NCBI GenBank assembly: GCA_040285855.1
Contig: JAUFOQ010000001.1
Span: 1,116,001 to 1,180,000 of the forward strand
DNA length: 64,000 nt
Reading direction: 5' to 3'
Origin: Eukaryota sp. GEM-RC1
Taxonomy: Eukaryota
Part shown: piece by piece, positions 13,542 through 25,612 of the stretch
Position numbering within the stretch: the stretch's first letter is position 1
Layout of the letters: each line of letters starts with the position of its first letter
The notes under the pieces: generated by a model
Seen by the model: only the letters and a program-made list of their open reading frames with translations
Told to the model about the DNA's origin: nothing
Databases searched by the model: none
Position numbers and translations under genes: made by a program

Positions 13542-16500
13542 TTAAACAGAATCATAAACGACAGAATCAAACTCATCAAATATGTTTTCAAATTTACGAA
13601 TACTTTCCTTAGCTAATTCTTCCAAATGACTCTGTAATTTTAAAATTTCCTGAGAACAATGTTTTCTGTGAATTTTTAAAACCAATGGAATCAATTTAAA
13701 ATGCTCCTGCACAATTCGCTTTAAATCAACCAAATCTTTCTTCAGCCCTTGTCTTAGATATTTCTGAGCTTTACTACGTGCAAGAAATGTCTTTGCATAT
13801 CTAGCAACGCCGCCATTAATAGAGGCTTCAATACAGCCTTGTAGAAGCATTGAAATAGTATCAACAGAAGTTACTTTCCCAGTTAAACAGTCTTCATTAA
13901 TAACATCAATAAGAGAATTGTTCTTAGAATTAAGAGTAAGAGAAGCTGAAGGAATTGGGCCGATAGAAGTTGTTGCCGACTTAGTAATTGGAAGACGGAC
14001 AAAAGAAGATGGGAAGGAAATGTCAGTGACGAAGTAATCAAAAACTGTTCTGAGGCAAGTGATCTCTTTATCAGAATCATCATCGTCATCAATGATTTCT
14101 GCTCGTGATAGATAAAACACGGACACTTTGGAATGTGATCGTGTTGATTCGTAATTGGAAGGTGATGATGAGAGTCTATCAGATTCGATTCGGATTAATT
14201 GCTTACGACAATCACATTCTCCAGAACTACACCAATGACAGGACAAATCGTCAACATTCCCACTCTTAACGTAATCATTTGGAATTGGTAAGGACTTTTG
14301 TTCACTTTGATCTAAACATTTGAGGACCTGCTCTTGAACATCATGTTCAACTGGAATAACTGAAGTTACTTGAATAACTAAAGAATTTGGCGCCATATCA
14401 GTAGTGTTTACCTTTGATCTCTTTTGATGAATCTTAGCTGAAGGAAACTCGGCTTGAAGTTTGGCCACAAAGTCAGTAAGTCTATCACCAACTGCAGAAT
14501 GATAGATATATTCTTGTAAAGTCAATGAGACTTGACCAGACTTTTGAGCTGATTTTTGATAGAATCCGACACGATAAAAAGCTGGTAATGGAAGTCGTTG
14601 AGTTAAACGAGGAACAACTTCAGACTCCAAAGTGAGACATTTAGATACTGTAGAGAAATCAAAATACTTCTGAGCACGCGATTTGATTGTGTCCAAAACA
14701 GAAAGAGCTCGAACCAACAAATGAGACTCATTGTAGAGGTTGAAAGCATTGAACAAGACTTCTATTGATTTCTGGTAGTGTTCCAGAGAAGGTCCAAATA
14801 ATTGAATCATGGATTCATTACAATATGCAGCTTCAGCCAAAAATTTAGAATTTTGTAAAAGTGGAATTAAACGGCCCAGATGAAATCTGTAAAGCCGTAG
14901 CAATGAATTATTCTTAGAAAACTGCAGAATAGAATTCATCGATTCTACAGCTTCAGGAAGTTGGTAACGTGACGAATACCGTTCCTTGAGCTCAATCAAT
15001 AGAGTAAACAGTTCTTGACATATTCCAACCAAATGGTACGCCATTTTAACCACAGCTGGTCGAAGTTTGTGAGAGGTGAACTGAAGATCAACAATTGTCT
15101 TAATTGAACTGATAGAAGTAATAAAAGACTGTTTACAATACCGATGTACAGCCTCGACAAAGAAAGTTAACATTTTAGGAGGACATTCAAAATTTGAAAT
15201 ATCTGAATGAGGATTGTCGAGAGCCCAACATTCAATTAGATCAACAAAAGTCTTAACCAAAACTGTAACACCATTATCTCGAACACGCTCAGAAGAATTT
15301 GCCAACAGTTCCAATACCCTGGGTACCACCCTGGGGTACAATTGATTGACTTGCTGACGATCCAAATCATTCCAAATCAGAGTAGCTAGTTCAGCAAGTC
15401 CTTCCTGATGGTCAATAGAAGATCCACCAGATATAAATGAAGAGTTCTTGGTTACTGACATTGAGAGACCAGAGAGCAAACAACCATAGAGAGAAGTAAG
15501 TAGAGGAAGTGCAGTTACTTTGGAGTGATGTTCAAAGATGGAAGAGAGAAGATCTGTGGCTGTAGCCATCGCCATTTTAAAGAGTGGGAGGGAATTCTTA
15601 GGAAAAGGAGGTTCCTGGAAGAAGAGAACTGATGAAAAGAGTAGCCAGGATAGAGTCATTGTTCCAAAGTTACTAGAGAGGTATAATAAACATTCATTGG
15701 AGAAAGAAAGGGAAGACGATGGAGATGATTCTCGTTGGGCAACTATACAACATTCTTTGACAGTGCTTGAAAGAAGGTTGAATTTTGAGATCAATTTTAA
15801 AATTGAGAAATAAAGACCTTCGATCGCCCAATTGATTTTAGTATTCTGATTGTCCATTCCACGTGATGAAAACAAACAAGTTAAAATAAAAGGAAAACAA
15901 GAGAACAAATGTTTAGAAGTAGTCTCATCAACAGCTGATCCATTCAACTCTAATCCTGATAACAGATCCATGAACACGTCAGTGGCCTTGGCTCTAGTAG
16001 CTAGGACAGAGATGAAACCACACAGAACAACAAGAAATGGCGGAATTACAGGTCCAATGTCAGTAAGAGTAGGGAGAATATCACGTGAGAACTTACTGAT
16101 CAGTTTAAGGATGATGTTTGCTGATTGTTTAGTTTCCACACTTTTGACTGAGAGAAGCTCAGGTGGGGAAGGTAGCGTGATCCTGATTGGATTGTCGACC
16201 CCGATAGTAAATGATGATGGGTCAAAAGGCTCAGGATTGGGCAGTGAGATCCATGGGCCTATTGGGACTAACAAAGCATCTGAAGCAATGATACTGGAAG
16301 AGATGCAAGAGAACAAATGTACAAGGTAAGCAACTCTGCGTGGATGCGACTGGAAGTTCTCTAGATTTTCTAAACTGTAGAAGGATCTTGACAGTCCAAT
16401 ACAAACACTAGCTCGAGCATAAGGATCTTTACCAGGGAGAGAGGAAGATCCCAAGCAAGAAGCGGCAGAAAAGAGGATGTCTAGAAGTTGGTCCAGGAGT

Positions 16501-19084
16501 TGACGTGATGGCGACGGACTGAATGTCAGAACAATATTAAAAAATGATGAAAGATTTCGGAGAACTCGAAGTCCTTGAGCAACTGGACTAGAGTTTGCAG
16601 TGGAAGCAGATTTAACTACAATAATAATCTCGGAAATTAGCGAGAGCAAATGTTTTAAAATTCCAGGATTTTGAAAATGTTCATTATGTACCAATCTATT
16701 AGCAACATAGGCTTCTACTGAAGCTCTGTAGATATCCAATCTATTATCAGAATCAAAATAAGCATGATCTAAAAGCCGAGCGGTATTCCAGACAATCAAA
16801 TCACCTATTTTGACCTGATTCGAAGGGTGATCCCCATCATTTTTGATTTGGATGGATGAAAACGAGTCATAATTCAATGCGAGAGCGCTAAATAGTCGAT
16901 CCAACAGCAATCCAGAAAACTGCAAACAAGAGCCTATTGGAGCTTCTAATAAAACAGACAGAGCGTTTCTAATAATAGAAGGTTGAGCAGGATTCAGCTT
17001 CCAATCAATCGGTAAAGGGATCAAAGACGCTGGAACTAGTGACGACAGAGCAAAGAAGTTAGTGGAAGAAGAATAAAGAGATACAGTGGTGTACTCTGAA
17101 ATTGACTCAAGTGAAGTGTCATAAGTGATTGCAACATCAGTCATCATTGAGCTTTTTGAAACACATTTAAATATATCAGGTAAGACAGATTGTGGTGTTG
17201 GAAGTCGACCATTCAGCACAGGAATTAAAGGAATTGGAAATCTTTTAAAAGGGAGGAAATAACCCTCTGAAGAAAGAGGAACAAATGACACAGCAAAAGC
17301 AGGATCACGACCACGTGACGTTGACACGTGGCACAACATTATACGGATAAACCTCGTTTCCAAAAGGTCAGCGGGTATGGTAATCTTCAATCCAACTTCA
17401 AAGAAGGGATCATCAGAGTGATAAATGACTGGCAACTTGAGTGGCTGCCATATATCATTAGTTTCTGGATTGATTGCATTAGCTCCAAATAAATGTGGAG
17501 TTAGACAACACCTTAACCCTTGGTCTTCCTCTCCTTCAATATCTACTATACTTACTTCTGGTTGGATATTCCTTGATGAGCTCTTGTTATCCTGTTTAAG
17601 AGATCCACACTGAGTGTTGTGGAGAGTGAAGAAGATCTCGTGGCGATTGAGTAGAGAACTACAGGGTTCTGGGAGTTGGGCGAAGTGATGGATGGTGCAG
17701 GAACTGTCAGGTTGTAAAAGTGCTGTCAGTGAGACTCGAACTCGGAACTGATTCTTGGAATCACGTGGATATCCTTTTGAGCTAAAGTCGCGTGTAGATT
17801 AGGGACCATGCTACTGTGACTCGGAGCAACCAATTTAATGTTGACGTCAGAGCTATTTTGATAGATGGATTGAATAACATTACTTAAATTAAAAGTACCA
17901 ACAGCGATTGGAATTAATACAGAGGAAAAAGCAGTTATCGACTCTTTTGAAGGTTTCGTCTTTTTTAAAAAATATGAAATATCATTATTCGGAGATCCCA
18001 TTGCATACATCCTCACAACTAAAAAAACTTCAGATGATAGAATCGTACTACTCTGAATATCATGAAACAAATGATTACTGAAATCCTGAACATATGAACT
18101 AAACAACCTTCCGTCAGAATCAACTGGGATGACAACTGTTTCTGATAACTGAGTATCATCGGAAAGAGAATATAGGAAGAAGTGCAGATAGATTCTATAG
18201 GAGGAAACGTCAGCAAACCCTTCATCAAGAGCCTTTGCGAAGAGAGGATGAGATGAAGAGGACGAAGGTAGTCGTAGAGAGTCAGTTCCAACAAGAGAAA
18301 AGACTTGGAGTCTGAGGTGGAAGACAACGTTCTTCAGTAGTGCAGTGTAAATGTCATTAGTAGAGGCTGTGCAAGGATAGTTCTTGGGTATAAGAACGGA
18401 AGCTTTGGAGAGAGAAGTGGTAGGAGAAGTGATTTCAGGGAGGAATGTGGAGTCAAACTTAGCTTTAGAGAGTGAGGAGAAAGGGTCTTCTAGGAAGGAG
18501 CTGGAAGAAGAAGCGGAATTAGAGAATGTAGAGAGATGAGCGCGAACAAATGGGAGAACTCCGACGTCATCAATAGAAGTCAGAGAGCAAGAAGTTGAGG
18601 ATCGTACGTAGCAATCTAACCCAAGTTCTTTAGATCCTGTATCAATTGCATCAAGAACTTTATTCTTGAGTCCTTGGTCAATATCATTATGGTGAATCAG
18701 AGATTGTGATGTGAGAGAACGACGGAGAGAAACAAGATGTTGGATGTGACGACGTGCTGTATCCGCAATAGAGGGGTTATTGAAGAGAACTCTTCTCCAT
18801 GCTGACAGAACTGGTAGGATTTCAGAGAGGATCAATGAAACAGAGTCTGAAGTATCGGGAAGGATGTTTCTTTCGGGCGGGGGTTCAGAAGCCTCCGCAA
18901 CACAGGATACTGGGAAGATACCCACCTTAGATTCATCATTAAGTAGATGTCCCCTGAACCAGATGGACTGAAATCGTCGTAATAGAACAACACGATCACC
19001 TGAGTTCAAGGCGAGTTGATTTGGGCCATAGGGAGCAAAAGAAGAGACACAAAGGGCATAACCCTCTGCATCTAGCCAAGACAT
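13542..19084 (-). CDS. DOCK: DOCK-family Rac GEF (SH3, C2/DHR-1, DHR-2); one frameshift near 17775
   Basis: N-terminal SH3 (QLALNSGD..WFRG..GIFP). DHR-1-like RHEIFFTL...VIYHSDDP. DHR-2 FYRVGFY...LSMLLQG-like ISMLLQGCIEASINGGVARY. The second frame is open from about 17775 to 13542. Confidence 0.9.
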
Positions 19085-19478
19085 AAATCAAGAAGAATCA
19101 AAAATACACAAAAGTTGATCACCAGAAGAAGTTATTAGATGAGCTCAATTGTTGACCTCTGATTAGTGAATATGACTGTTATGACTAGACATCTGATCTC
19201 TGCTGATCACAGATCTCAGGTGTTTGTCCGTGAGAGACAGTTATCCAGCAGAGATATGTACATTCTAGAAGTGTGTTTCATAATATTTGTCTCACAAAGA
19301 ACGTTCTCGATGACATTCTCAGTAAGACGTGTGAATGACATACATGATATTGGTCCACACTAAATTTGAGTTTGGTTTCTTCAAACTATTCACGATCTTT
19401 TACAGACGCTATTCTGTTAAATAGAATTCTTTATTCACATAAAATACATGACAATCGGAAACACACGATCAAATTGTT

Positions 19479-19757
19479 CTAAGGAATTTCCCTAATCCAA
19501 TCTTTCAAATTGATTTGATGATAGACATGACGGCCTCTTGCATCAACCATTGCACTCAGTGTTAGAGTAATAAAGAAGGCAAATATCAGTAGCGCTAAAA
19601 TGTATAACACATCAATTTTTATCCAAGACCGTTGATTTGAGCTTGTAAGCGTTTGAGAAGAAGGCTCATATTCTGGAGTTTCTCTTTTATGAACACAGTC
19701 TAATTCCACTGCTGAAAGTGTTCCTGGAAGCGGTACAAAATTGACAGAAGACGACAT
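19479..19757 (-). CDS. Small hypothetical single-pass membrane protein
   Basis: ATG 19757 (MSSSVNFVPLPG), hydrophobic stretch VLYILALLIFAFFITLTLSAM. Confidence 0.5.
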   Translation of the reverse strand: MSSSVNFVPLPGTLSAVELDCVHKRETPEYEPSSQTLTSSNQRSWIKIDVLYILALLIFAFFITLTLSAMVDARGRHVYHQINLKDWIREIP

Positions 19758-20236
19758 GTGAATGAAAAGAAGCAGTGTCTGCTTGACAAGAGTTTTAGTT
19801 ATGAACCTTAGTAAAAGATATCTCTCTGGGCAAACTTTAAGTGACTTCAGTTTCCTTGTCAAAACAGAAGGGATTTCACAATAACGTTGATACACAAAGG
19901 AGATTAATTTGAGTGAAAATGTAATGTATTCAAAATGATGATCATACAAGATTGATCGAATTTATTGTGGAGTGTTGTAACGAAATAATCAGTACAATGC
20001 ACCCTACAGACCTCTTCAAGATGCTATTGTTGACTGGAACGATTTAAAAGTGAAACACATAATGCTTCGGTATCCAAGAGTCTCTTTACGATTGCCAGTG
20101 ATCAAATAGGGTACATGGGCATTACAAAACCTTACTATAGACAATAATCAGTATGCAATTACCAACAAAAGTGCTCATCCCAATCACTTCATAGATGTTG
20201 AACTCCATATATTTCTGAACTTGAAACTAACCTAAA

Positions 20237-20827
20237 CTATTGATCATGGAGATGTTCCAACTCTACTTCTGCAGCTAAAATTCCTTGGCCGACTTTAACA
20301 GCAGCTTCTTTTCCCATAGTTGCTTTAACTATTGACAATGCAAACTGCATCGCCGTTCCTGGACCTTGACTTGTTATAGTTTTTCCATCAACAACCACAC
20401 GCTGGTTAAGATAAGTTCTGCAATGAGACTTTACCTTTTCTCTGACAGCAGGCCATGAAGTAATTTGCTTGTCTCTAACCACTCCTGCATGAGCCAGAGT
20501 AAGTACGCCAGCGCAAATGGCACAGAAAAACTTATCTTGGTCTCTATGTTTCTTCAAGAATAAATGTAAGTCCTTGTTTTGATGGTTTCGCTCCTCATTA
20601 GAACCAGGACCTCCTGGCATAACGACAATGTCGTAGAGTTGATTCTGAACTCTTGATAGCACTGTGTGTGGTTTTAAAGTCATTCCAAAGGCACCATTAA
20701 CAGTGTCTTGGTTGTGAATGGAAATTAAAGTCACATCATAACCAGCTCTTGAGAGAACATCCAGAGTTGTCATTGATTCAATGGGTTCGACTCCATCAAA
20801 GATTATAAGAGCAGCTTTAGAAGACAT
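20237..20827 (-). CDS. DJ-1/PfpI (YajL/ThiJ-like) glyoxalase/deglycase
   Basis: FDGVEPIE, MPGG, AICAG (nucleophile Cys), VVVDG..ITSQGPGT. Confidence 0.92.
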   Translation of the reverse strand: MSSKAALIIFDGVEPIESMTTLDVLSRAGYDVTLISIHNQDTVNGAFGMTLKPHTVLSRVQNQLYDIVVMPGGPGSNEERNHQNKDLHLFLKKHRDQDKFFCAICAGVLTLAHAGVVRDKQITSWPAVREKVKSHCRTYLNQRVVVDGKTITSQGPGTAMQFALSIVKATMGKEAAVKVGQGILAAEVELEHLHDQ

Positions 20828-21259
20828 GGGTTGAAAAGAAGTGAACACTGTAGACTGGAAGTTCTGGTTTAGTCACTGACTCATGAGATTTCAATAAACA
20901 TCTGCTGTACTAACGGTAAAGTCCTTTGTTTGACTCTCACTGTTCGAACATAACATATAACAAGGACGACCAACATAGCTGAGCTAAGATAGTAACTGAC
21001 AATTGGGCTGGCTTCAACTAGTCTTCATTTTATTTGGTAATAGTTAATATGACAGTGTATGTCTCTAGTTCTAAAGAATTCTTGTTAAAAACTACATGAA
21101 GTTGTTTTTTAACAGATTAAACTTGTAATAAAGACATGTGTTAATCACATAACGGACAGCAGAATCATAATTGAGTCTTCAAGAACTAATGGTGAAAAGA
21201 GAATTGTGGAGTACAACTAGAAAATTGATTGGTTTCCTCATCCACCACTAAGAAATCTT

Positions 21260-23335
21260 ATGGCAACCTCTCCTTGTTGCAAATGTGTATCAGTTGGGCA
21301 TAATGGTGTTGAGGTTGCTTGTGGTCAGCATGTCTGCACTCATGAAGGTTTCCCTCATTACTCTTCTCCTGATCTCTCTACCCTCGATTCTCTCTCTAAC
21401 TGTGCCGATTTCCCTCTTCTGCCTATACCATCTCATAAGCCCATCTGGCTTCAACAATCTATAATTGTTTTGATTCATTCTTACCTACTGCGACGTCGCC
21501 TTAAGATCTGTTTTACTTCTGATGGTCAATATCGGGACGATCGTTCTCTTGGTGCAATACTTTACAAGATACCACCTTTCATTGAACATGTTGGTCATGT
21601 GAGTCTACGATTTCTAGACTGTGCTTATCATGCAGTTCAACATTTCCTTGAAAGAAGCACCGTACACCTTCTTTCTACTAAAGGCCTTCTCCCGCTTGCT
21701 TCATTCTCTTCTTTCTTTAAAGCTGATGTGAAATCTGTTAGTCTGCGAGAAGCTGATCCTTTATTTATAACTCACGAATGTGATATGAATTATTTACATT
21801 GTATTTCAGGGATTTCCACTGAAGTAGACCTTGTAAGAGAAACTATTGACCATTATAGACATTTGTCCTTTCAACACTTTTCTGCACTTAAAAAGGTTTC
21901 TGTTGTCGTGAACTCACAGAGAGGATTTGATTTGTTTTGCAAATCTTTAAGAAATTTACAAACAATTGAAGAACTAAGTGTTCGTTTGAGAATTGGATTT
22001 ATTTCAAAGCATGATTTAAAATATCTTGGGAAAGTGTGTTCATCTGTTACAAATTTAAAAACTCTCAAAATGTCGTTGCACTACAGAGAAGACCCAAGGC
22101 CTGCTGATGACTCCTGTGGTTCAGAATTTGACAAATATGAACCACGAGAACTTCTTCGAGACGAAGACTTAACCAAGTTATTTACTGTTCTCGGAGATAG
22201 TTCTATTCAGTCTCTTGATTTGTTGGACTTCGTCGATTATGAGTTTAATTTTTTAAATTGGACAACGCGTCGGTCTGTAGTTTTGATTCCTCTTTTCAAC
22301 AGTTATTCTATTAAAAGTTTGATTGTTCCTCGACACTCTAAATTGGATTCTACTGTGATTGAAGCTCTTAAAAACAGTTTAACTATTGAAGAAATCACTT
22401 TGTATCTGAATTATGATCTATGTGATGTTTTAGAGTTTAACAAAACTTTGAAAAAACTTAAAATCTTTCAAGGGTCTGCTTCACTTTCACCAATTTTTAA
22501 ATCTTTGGGAAAAAATACTTCTCTTTTAGAGTTAGAAATAATTCAGGATGTCCGAAGGAGAGCTTCATTTGATGATCAAGCTTTATCTCTAAATGAAATG
22601 CTTCAAGTCAATTCAACTCTACTTGTTTTAAAGATTGATGGATTATTTGGCAATTCATCGCAGTTTCAAACTTTCCTTGACGTACTTCAGTTAAATTCAG
22701 GACTACAAACAGTCAGTTTTCATAACTTGAATTTAAGTTGTTTAACTTTGGTATTTAAGGCAATGTCTACAAATACCTTACACCCTTTAACTAATGTTTC
22801 ACCTCATTCCGTTGATTTTACTCTTAAGACTATTCATTATGACGCCTCGATCAAAGAATCTGATTTACTATCCCTTTTAGAAGCTTTGGAGTCAAATGTT
22901 CATATTAAACGCGTTGAATGTCGTGCTGTGGCTCGAGAGTTAAGTCTAGAAGGATTAATCGCCCTATATAAGATTCTTTCCATTAACAAATCATTGATTG
23001 ATATTGATATTTCTCCTCACTTTATCGACATTGAAAATCGTCTGTTTTCTTATTTGCCTAGACCAAGACGTTTAGATACTGGTCATATCTCAACTTTACA
23101 GGTTTTTGTAGAGTCTTGTGGTGTTAAAAAACTTGTACTTAATAGATGTGAGTTTTGTGAAGAGTCACGCACCGCAATGTGTGATTTCATCAAAGAAACT
23201 ACTTCATTGACTTCTATTGAATTCAAAAACTGTATGTTGTCAGATTACGCTGTTTCACGGCTCATTGATGCTGGTCAAAGCAACTGTAGTTTAGAGGTTT
23301 CATTTCAAGGTACTATTAGATGGAGAGGTTTTTGA
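21260..23335 (+). CDS. RNI-like leucine-rich repeat protein
   Basis: 691-aa ORF with repeated L..N.TL..L.I units (NKTLKKLKI, NTSLLELEI, NSTLLVLKI, TTSLTSIEF). Confidence 0.75.
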   Translation: MATSPCCKCVSVGHNGVEVACGQHVCTHEGFPHYSSPDLSTLDSLSNCADFPLLPIPSHKPIWLQQSIIVLIHSYLLRRRLKICFTSDGQYRDDRSLGAILYKIPPFIEHVGHVSLRFLDCAYHAVQHFLERSTVHLLSTKGLLPLASFSSFFKADVKSVSLREADPLFITHECDMNYLHCISGISTEVDLVRETIDHYRHLSFQHFSALKKVSVVVNSQRGFDLFCKSLRNLQTIEELSVRLRIGFISKHDLKYLGKVCSSVTNLKTLKMSLHYREDPRPADDSCGSEFDKYEPRELLRDEDLTKLFTVLGDSSIQSLDLLDFVDYEFNFLNWTTRRSVVLIPLFNSYSIKSLIVPRHSKLDSTVIEALKNSLTIEEITLYLNYDLCDVLEFNKTLKKLKIFQGSASLSPIFKSLGKNTSLLELEIIQDVRRRASFDDQALSLNEMLQVNSTLLVLKIDGLFGNSSQFQTFLDVLQLNSGLQTVSFHNLNLSCLTLVFKAMSTNTLHPLTNVSPHSVDFTLKTIHYDASIKESDLLSLLEALESNVHIKRVECRAVARELSLEGLIALYKILSINKSLIDIDISPHFIDIENRLFSYLPRPRRLDTGHISTLQVFVESCGVKKLVLNRCEFCEESRTAMCDFIKETTSLTSIEFKNCMLSDYAVSRLIDAGQSNCSLEVSFQGTIRWRGF

Positions 23336-24167
23336 TAGAAGAAGAGAGATACAACATTAAACTCACTCAGGATGTTTTGATGTTGTTGTTTTTGAAATTC
23401 AACTAACAATTGTGACTTTTTAACAATCTATACAATTTAGGTGATCCTTATCCTAGAATACCGTAGATATTGTAGTGGTAACTTCTAGTAGTGACTTCAT
23501 TGTTCGAGTATTTCCTAGAATCTATAATAATTCATACCTTCTCTTGTCCGTCGGATTTTCCAGTAACTGTTAGAATTGTATCCTCCGTAGAACTACAGTT
23601 AGTTCTCTATAATTGCACAATAAACACGCACACACAGGCCCATAAAAACTATTTCTAATTGCACCTCTTACATCTCGAGAAAACTACATTGTACATGTAC
23701 GTGTAGCCATTATCAACGCAACAATGTGTTGAATTACGATAACACTGTGGTAACTCTTTAACAGCACTGAACAGGCTACGTGTAGTTGTCTTTGCATTAC
23801 TTAATACTACACGCAGTGTTTTTACTTTGGATAACAGAGTCCTCTCGTAAACGACGTCATCAAAGAGCTAACACTTTGAATATGCTTGAAATGAAACGTG
23901 ATGTTTGCGAAAGAAGTTTATCAACAACGTTTTAATTCGACAGAAGGACGAGATATCAATGTAACTGATATAGTCAAGAGTCGAAAACTACAACAAGTAA
24001 CAAGGTGTTATGTAAATAGTCTTGATGAATTCTAGAATCAAAGAAAACACTCGTATACAAGAATCAACAGAGCATGTGTGCCTGACCCATAAGTTTCGAT
24101 CACTGGATGGACATTCCAAATTGTATTTGATCTAAAACATAGAAACATTTATGTGTATCAATGATTC

Positions 24168-24260
24168 AGTTATTAGACAAGATTGTTCAGACTCCGCTAA
24201 TAGCACAAATCTAAAAATTGTGTATGACGTTGATATATAATATACACGCATTCTAGAAGC
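24168..24260 (+). repeat. Direct repeat, second copy at about 25284-25455
   Basis: agttattagacaagattgttcag...tgacgttga and tacacgcattctagaagc occur in both places. Confidence 0.7.
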
Positions 24261-24298
24261 AACTCTCAAGAAACCGTATTTGTAAATCCATTTCGATC

Positions 24299-24575
24299 AT
24301 TCATAAATAGGCTTTTATAAAATCAAATGACATCGGTACGGGTAAAATAAGACACTGATTTAACGCACCACAAAACGGACCATAAATTGATTTTCCATTT
24401 TTCTTTATTTTAAGGGATTAAAAACAAACAGTCTATTTAGGTAAAGTATTCTTGCGTGGTCTTCCTCTCTGAGGAATCTCGAAAGATGATGGGTTCCTTC
24501 GAGTTCCTATAGAAAATAAAGGTCTACCTCGGGTTTTCAAATAAATCGGTACGTACCAAAGATTTGCGCACATTG
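24299..24575. mobile_element. Right end of the CGTAC-repeat hAT MITE family (see 56329-56917), with about 190 bp of extra internal sequence
   Basis: attcataaatag..caaatgacatcggtacgg and atcggtacgtacca..gatttgcgcacattg match 56833-56917. Confidence 0.7.
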
Positions 24576-25003
24576 TTTGCAATTCATGTAATTATTCAGG
24601 TAATATTTGTATCTGATATATGTGGTTATCTCTAGAAATTTACTAACACAGTGTTTGTGTTTCATAATTAATTCACACGTTGATCTCAACCCAACACACA
24701 TCGTGATTGCTATATATGAAATAAATACAACCAAAAACGCACATTTCTGTACTTTAATACCTAATCTAATCTTCTAGTATTAATTTCGTTCTCTCCGATT
24801 CAACTTTCCCTAATGCACTGGAACACAATAAACCCAGTTCACGTCTACATCAAGATTCTATTATCAATTACTCTAAACATCAAATACAAAGTCTTCAGAG
24901 TCAAAATAAACCTCATCATCCGTAATGATTGTCGTGTCGTCATCAACCCAGCTAGGAGTCAACAAGGAATTCAAAGGTAGATCATGAGCTCACGATGATC
25001 TCT

Positions 25004-25270
25004 TTAGGGTAAATTCATGATCACTACTACTAGCAGTATCATCAGTGTCAAAAACATTTTGATCAGACGAAATACTGTTTGTAACAATCGATGAATACAC
25101 GTAGTTGAACAACTGTGAACAGAATGATGTGAAGACAGAAGATCCATTCTTTGGGTAACAACTTCCGGATCCAGTATAGTAACTGAAGATTTGTAAGGAC
25201 CGTGGAGAACAAAGGGATGTACCTTTAATTCATGTGCAGTGATTCTTGTTTTGGGGTTCTTGTCTAACAT
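25004..25270 (-). pseudogene. Protein kinase C-terminal (subdomain XI) fragment
   Basis: MLDKNPKTRITAHELKVHPF; no upstream kinase subdomains seen. Confidence 0.55.
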
Positions 25271-25612
25271 GTATCATTGCTTTAGTTATTAGACAAGATT
25301 GTTCAGGTTTCGCTAATAAGACAAATCTAAAGCTTGTTTATGACGTTGAAGATAGAAGAACTAATCACCGGCTGAACAATAACACGATCCGAAACAACAA
25401 ACCGACAATTCTATACACATGACTGTGCTTCTCAAATACACACGCATTCTAGAAGCTTCAAGCACAGTATCATTTTGTTTCAAACACTGGTAGCAGTCAT
25501 TGTTATGGATTTGAAATACTTGAATTTTATTTGATTGAATGATATTCTTTCACCAGTAATTTCATGAGTAGACTATTTTACAATTACATCAAAAAAACGA
25601 CCACTATCATTT

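Noticed and set aside
15538..16329. Plus-strand ORFs overlapping DOCK, and similar shadow ORFs over PFO, UPF1 and BTB genes
   Set aside because: Antisense or alternate-frame by-products with no recognisable motifs.
17723..17748. 26-nt GT..ACTGACAG intron as the fix for the DOCK frame break
   Set aside because: It would remove RVSL, which resembles a conserved DOCK segment; a missing A in the run near 17775 is simpler. Not fully excluded.
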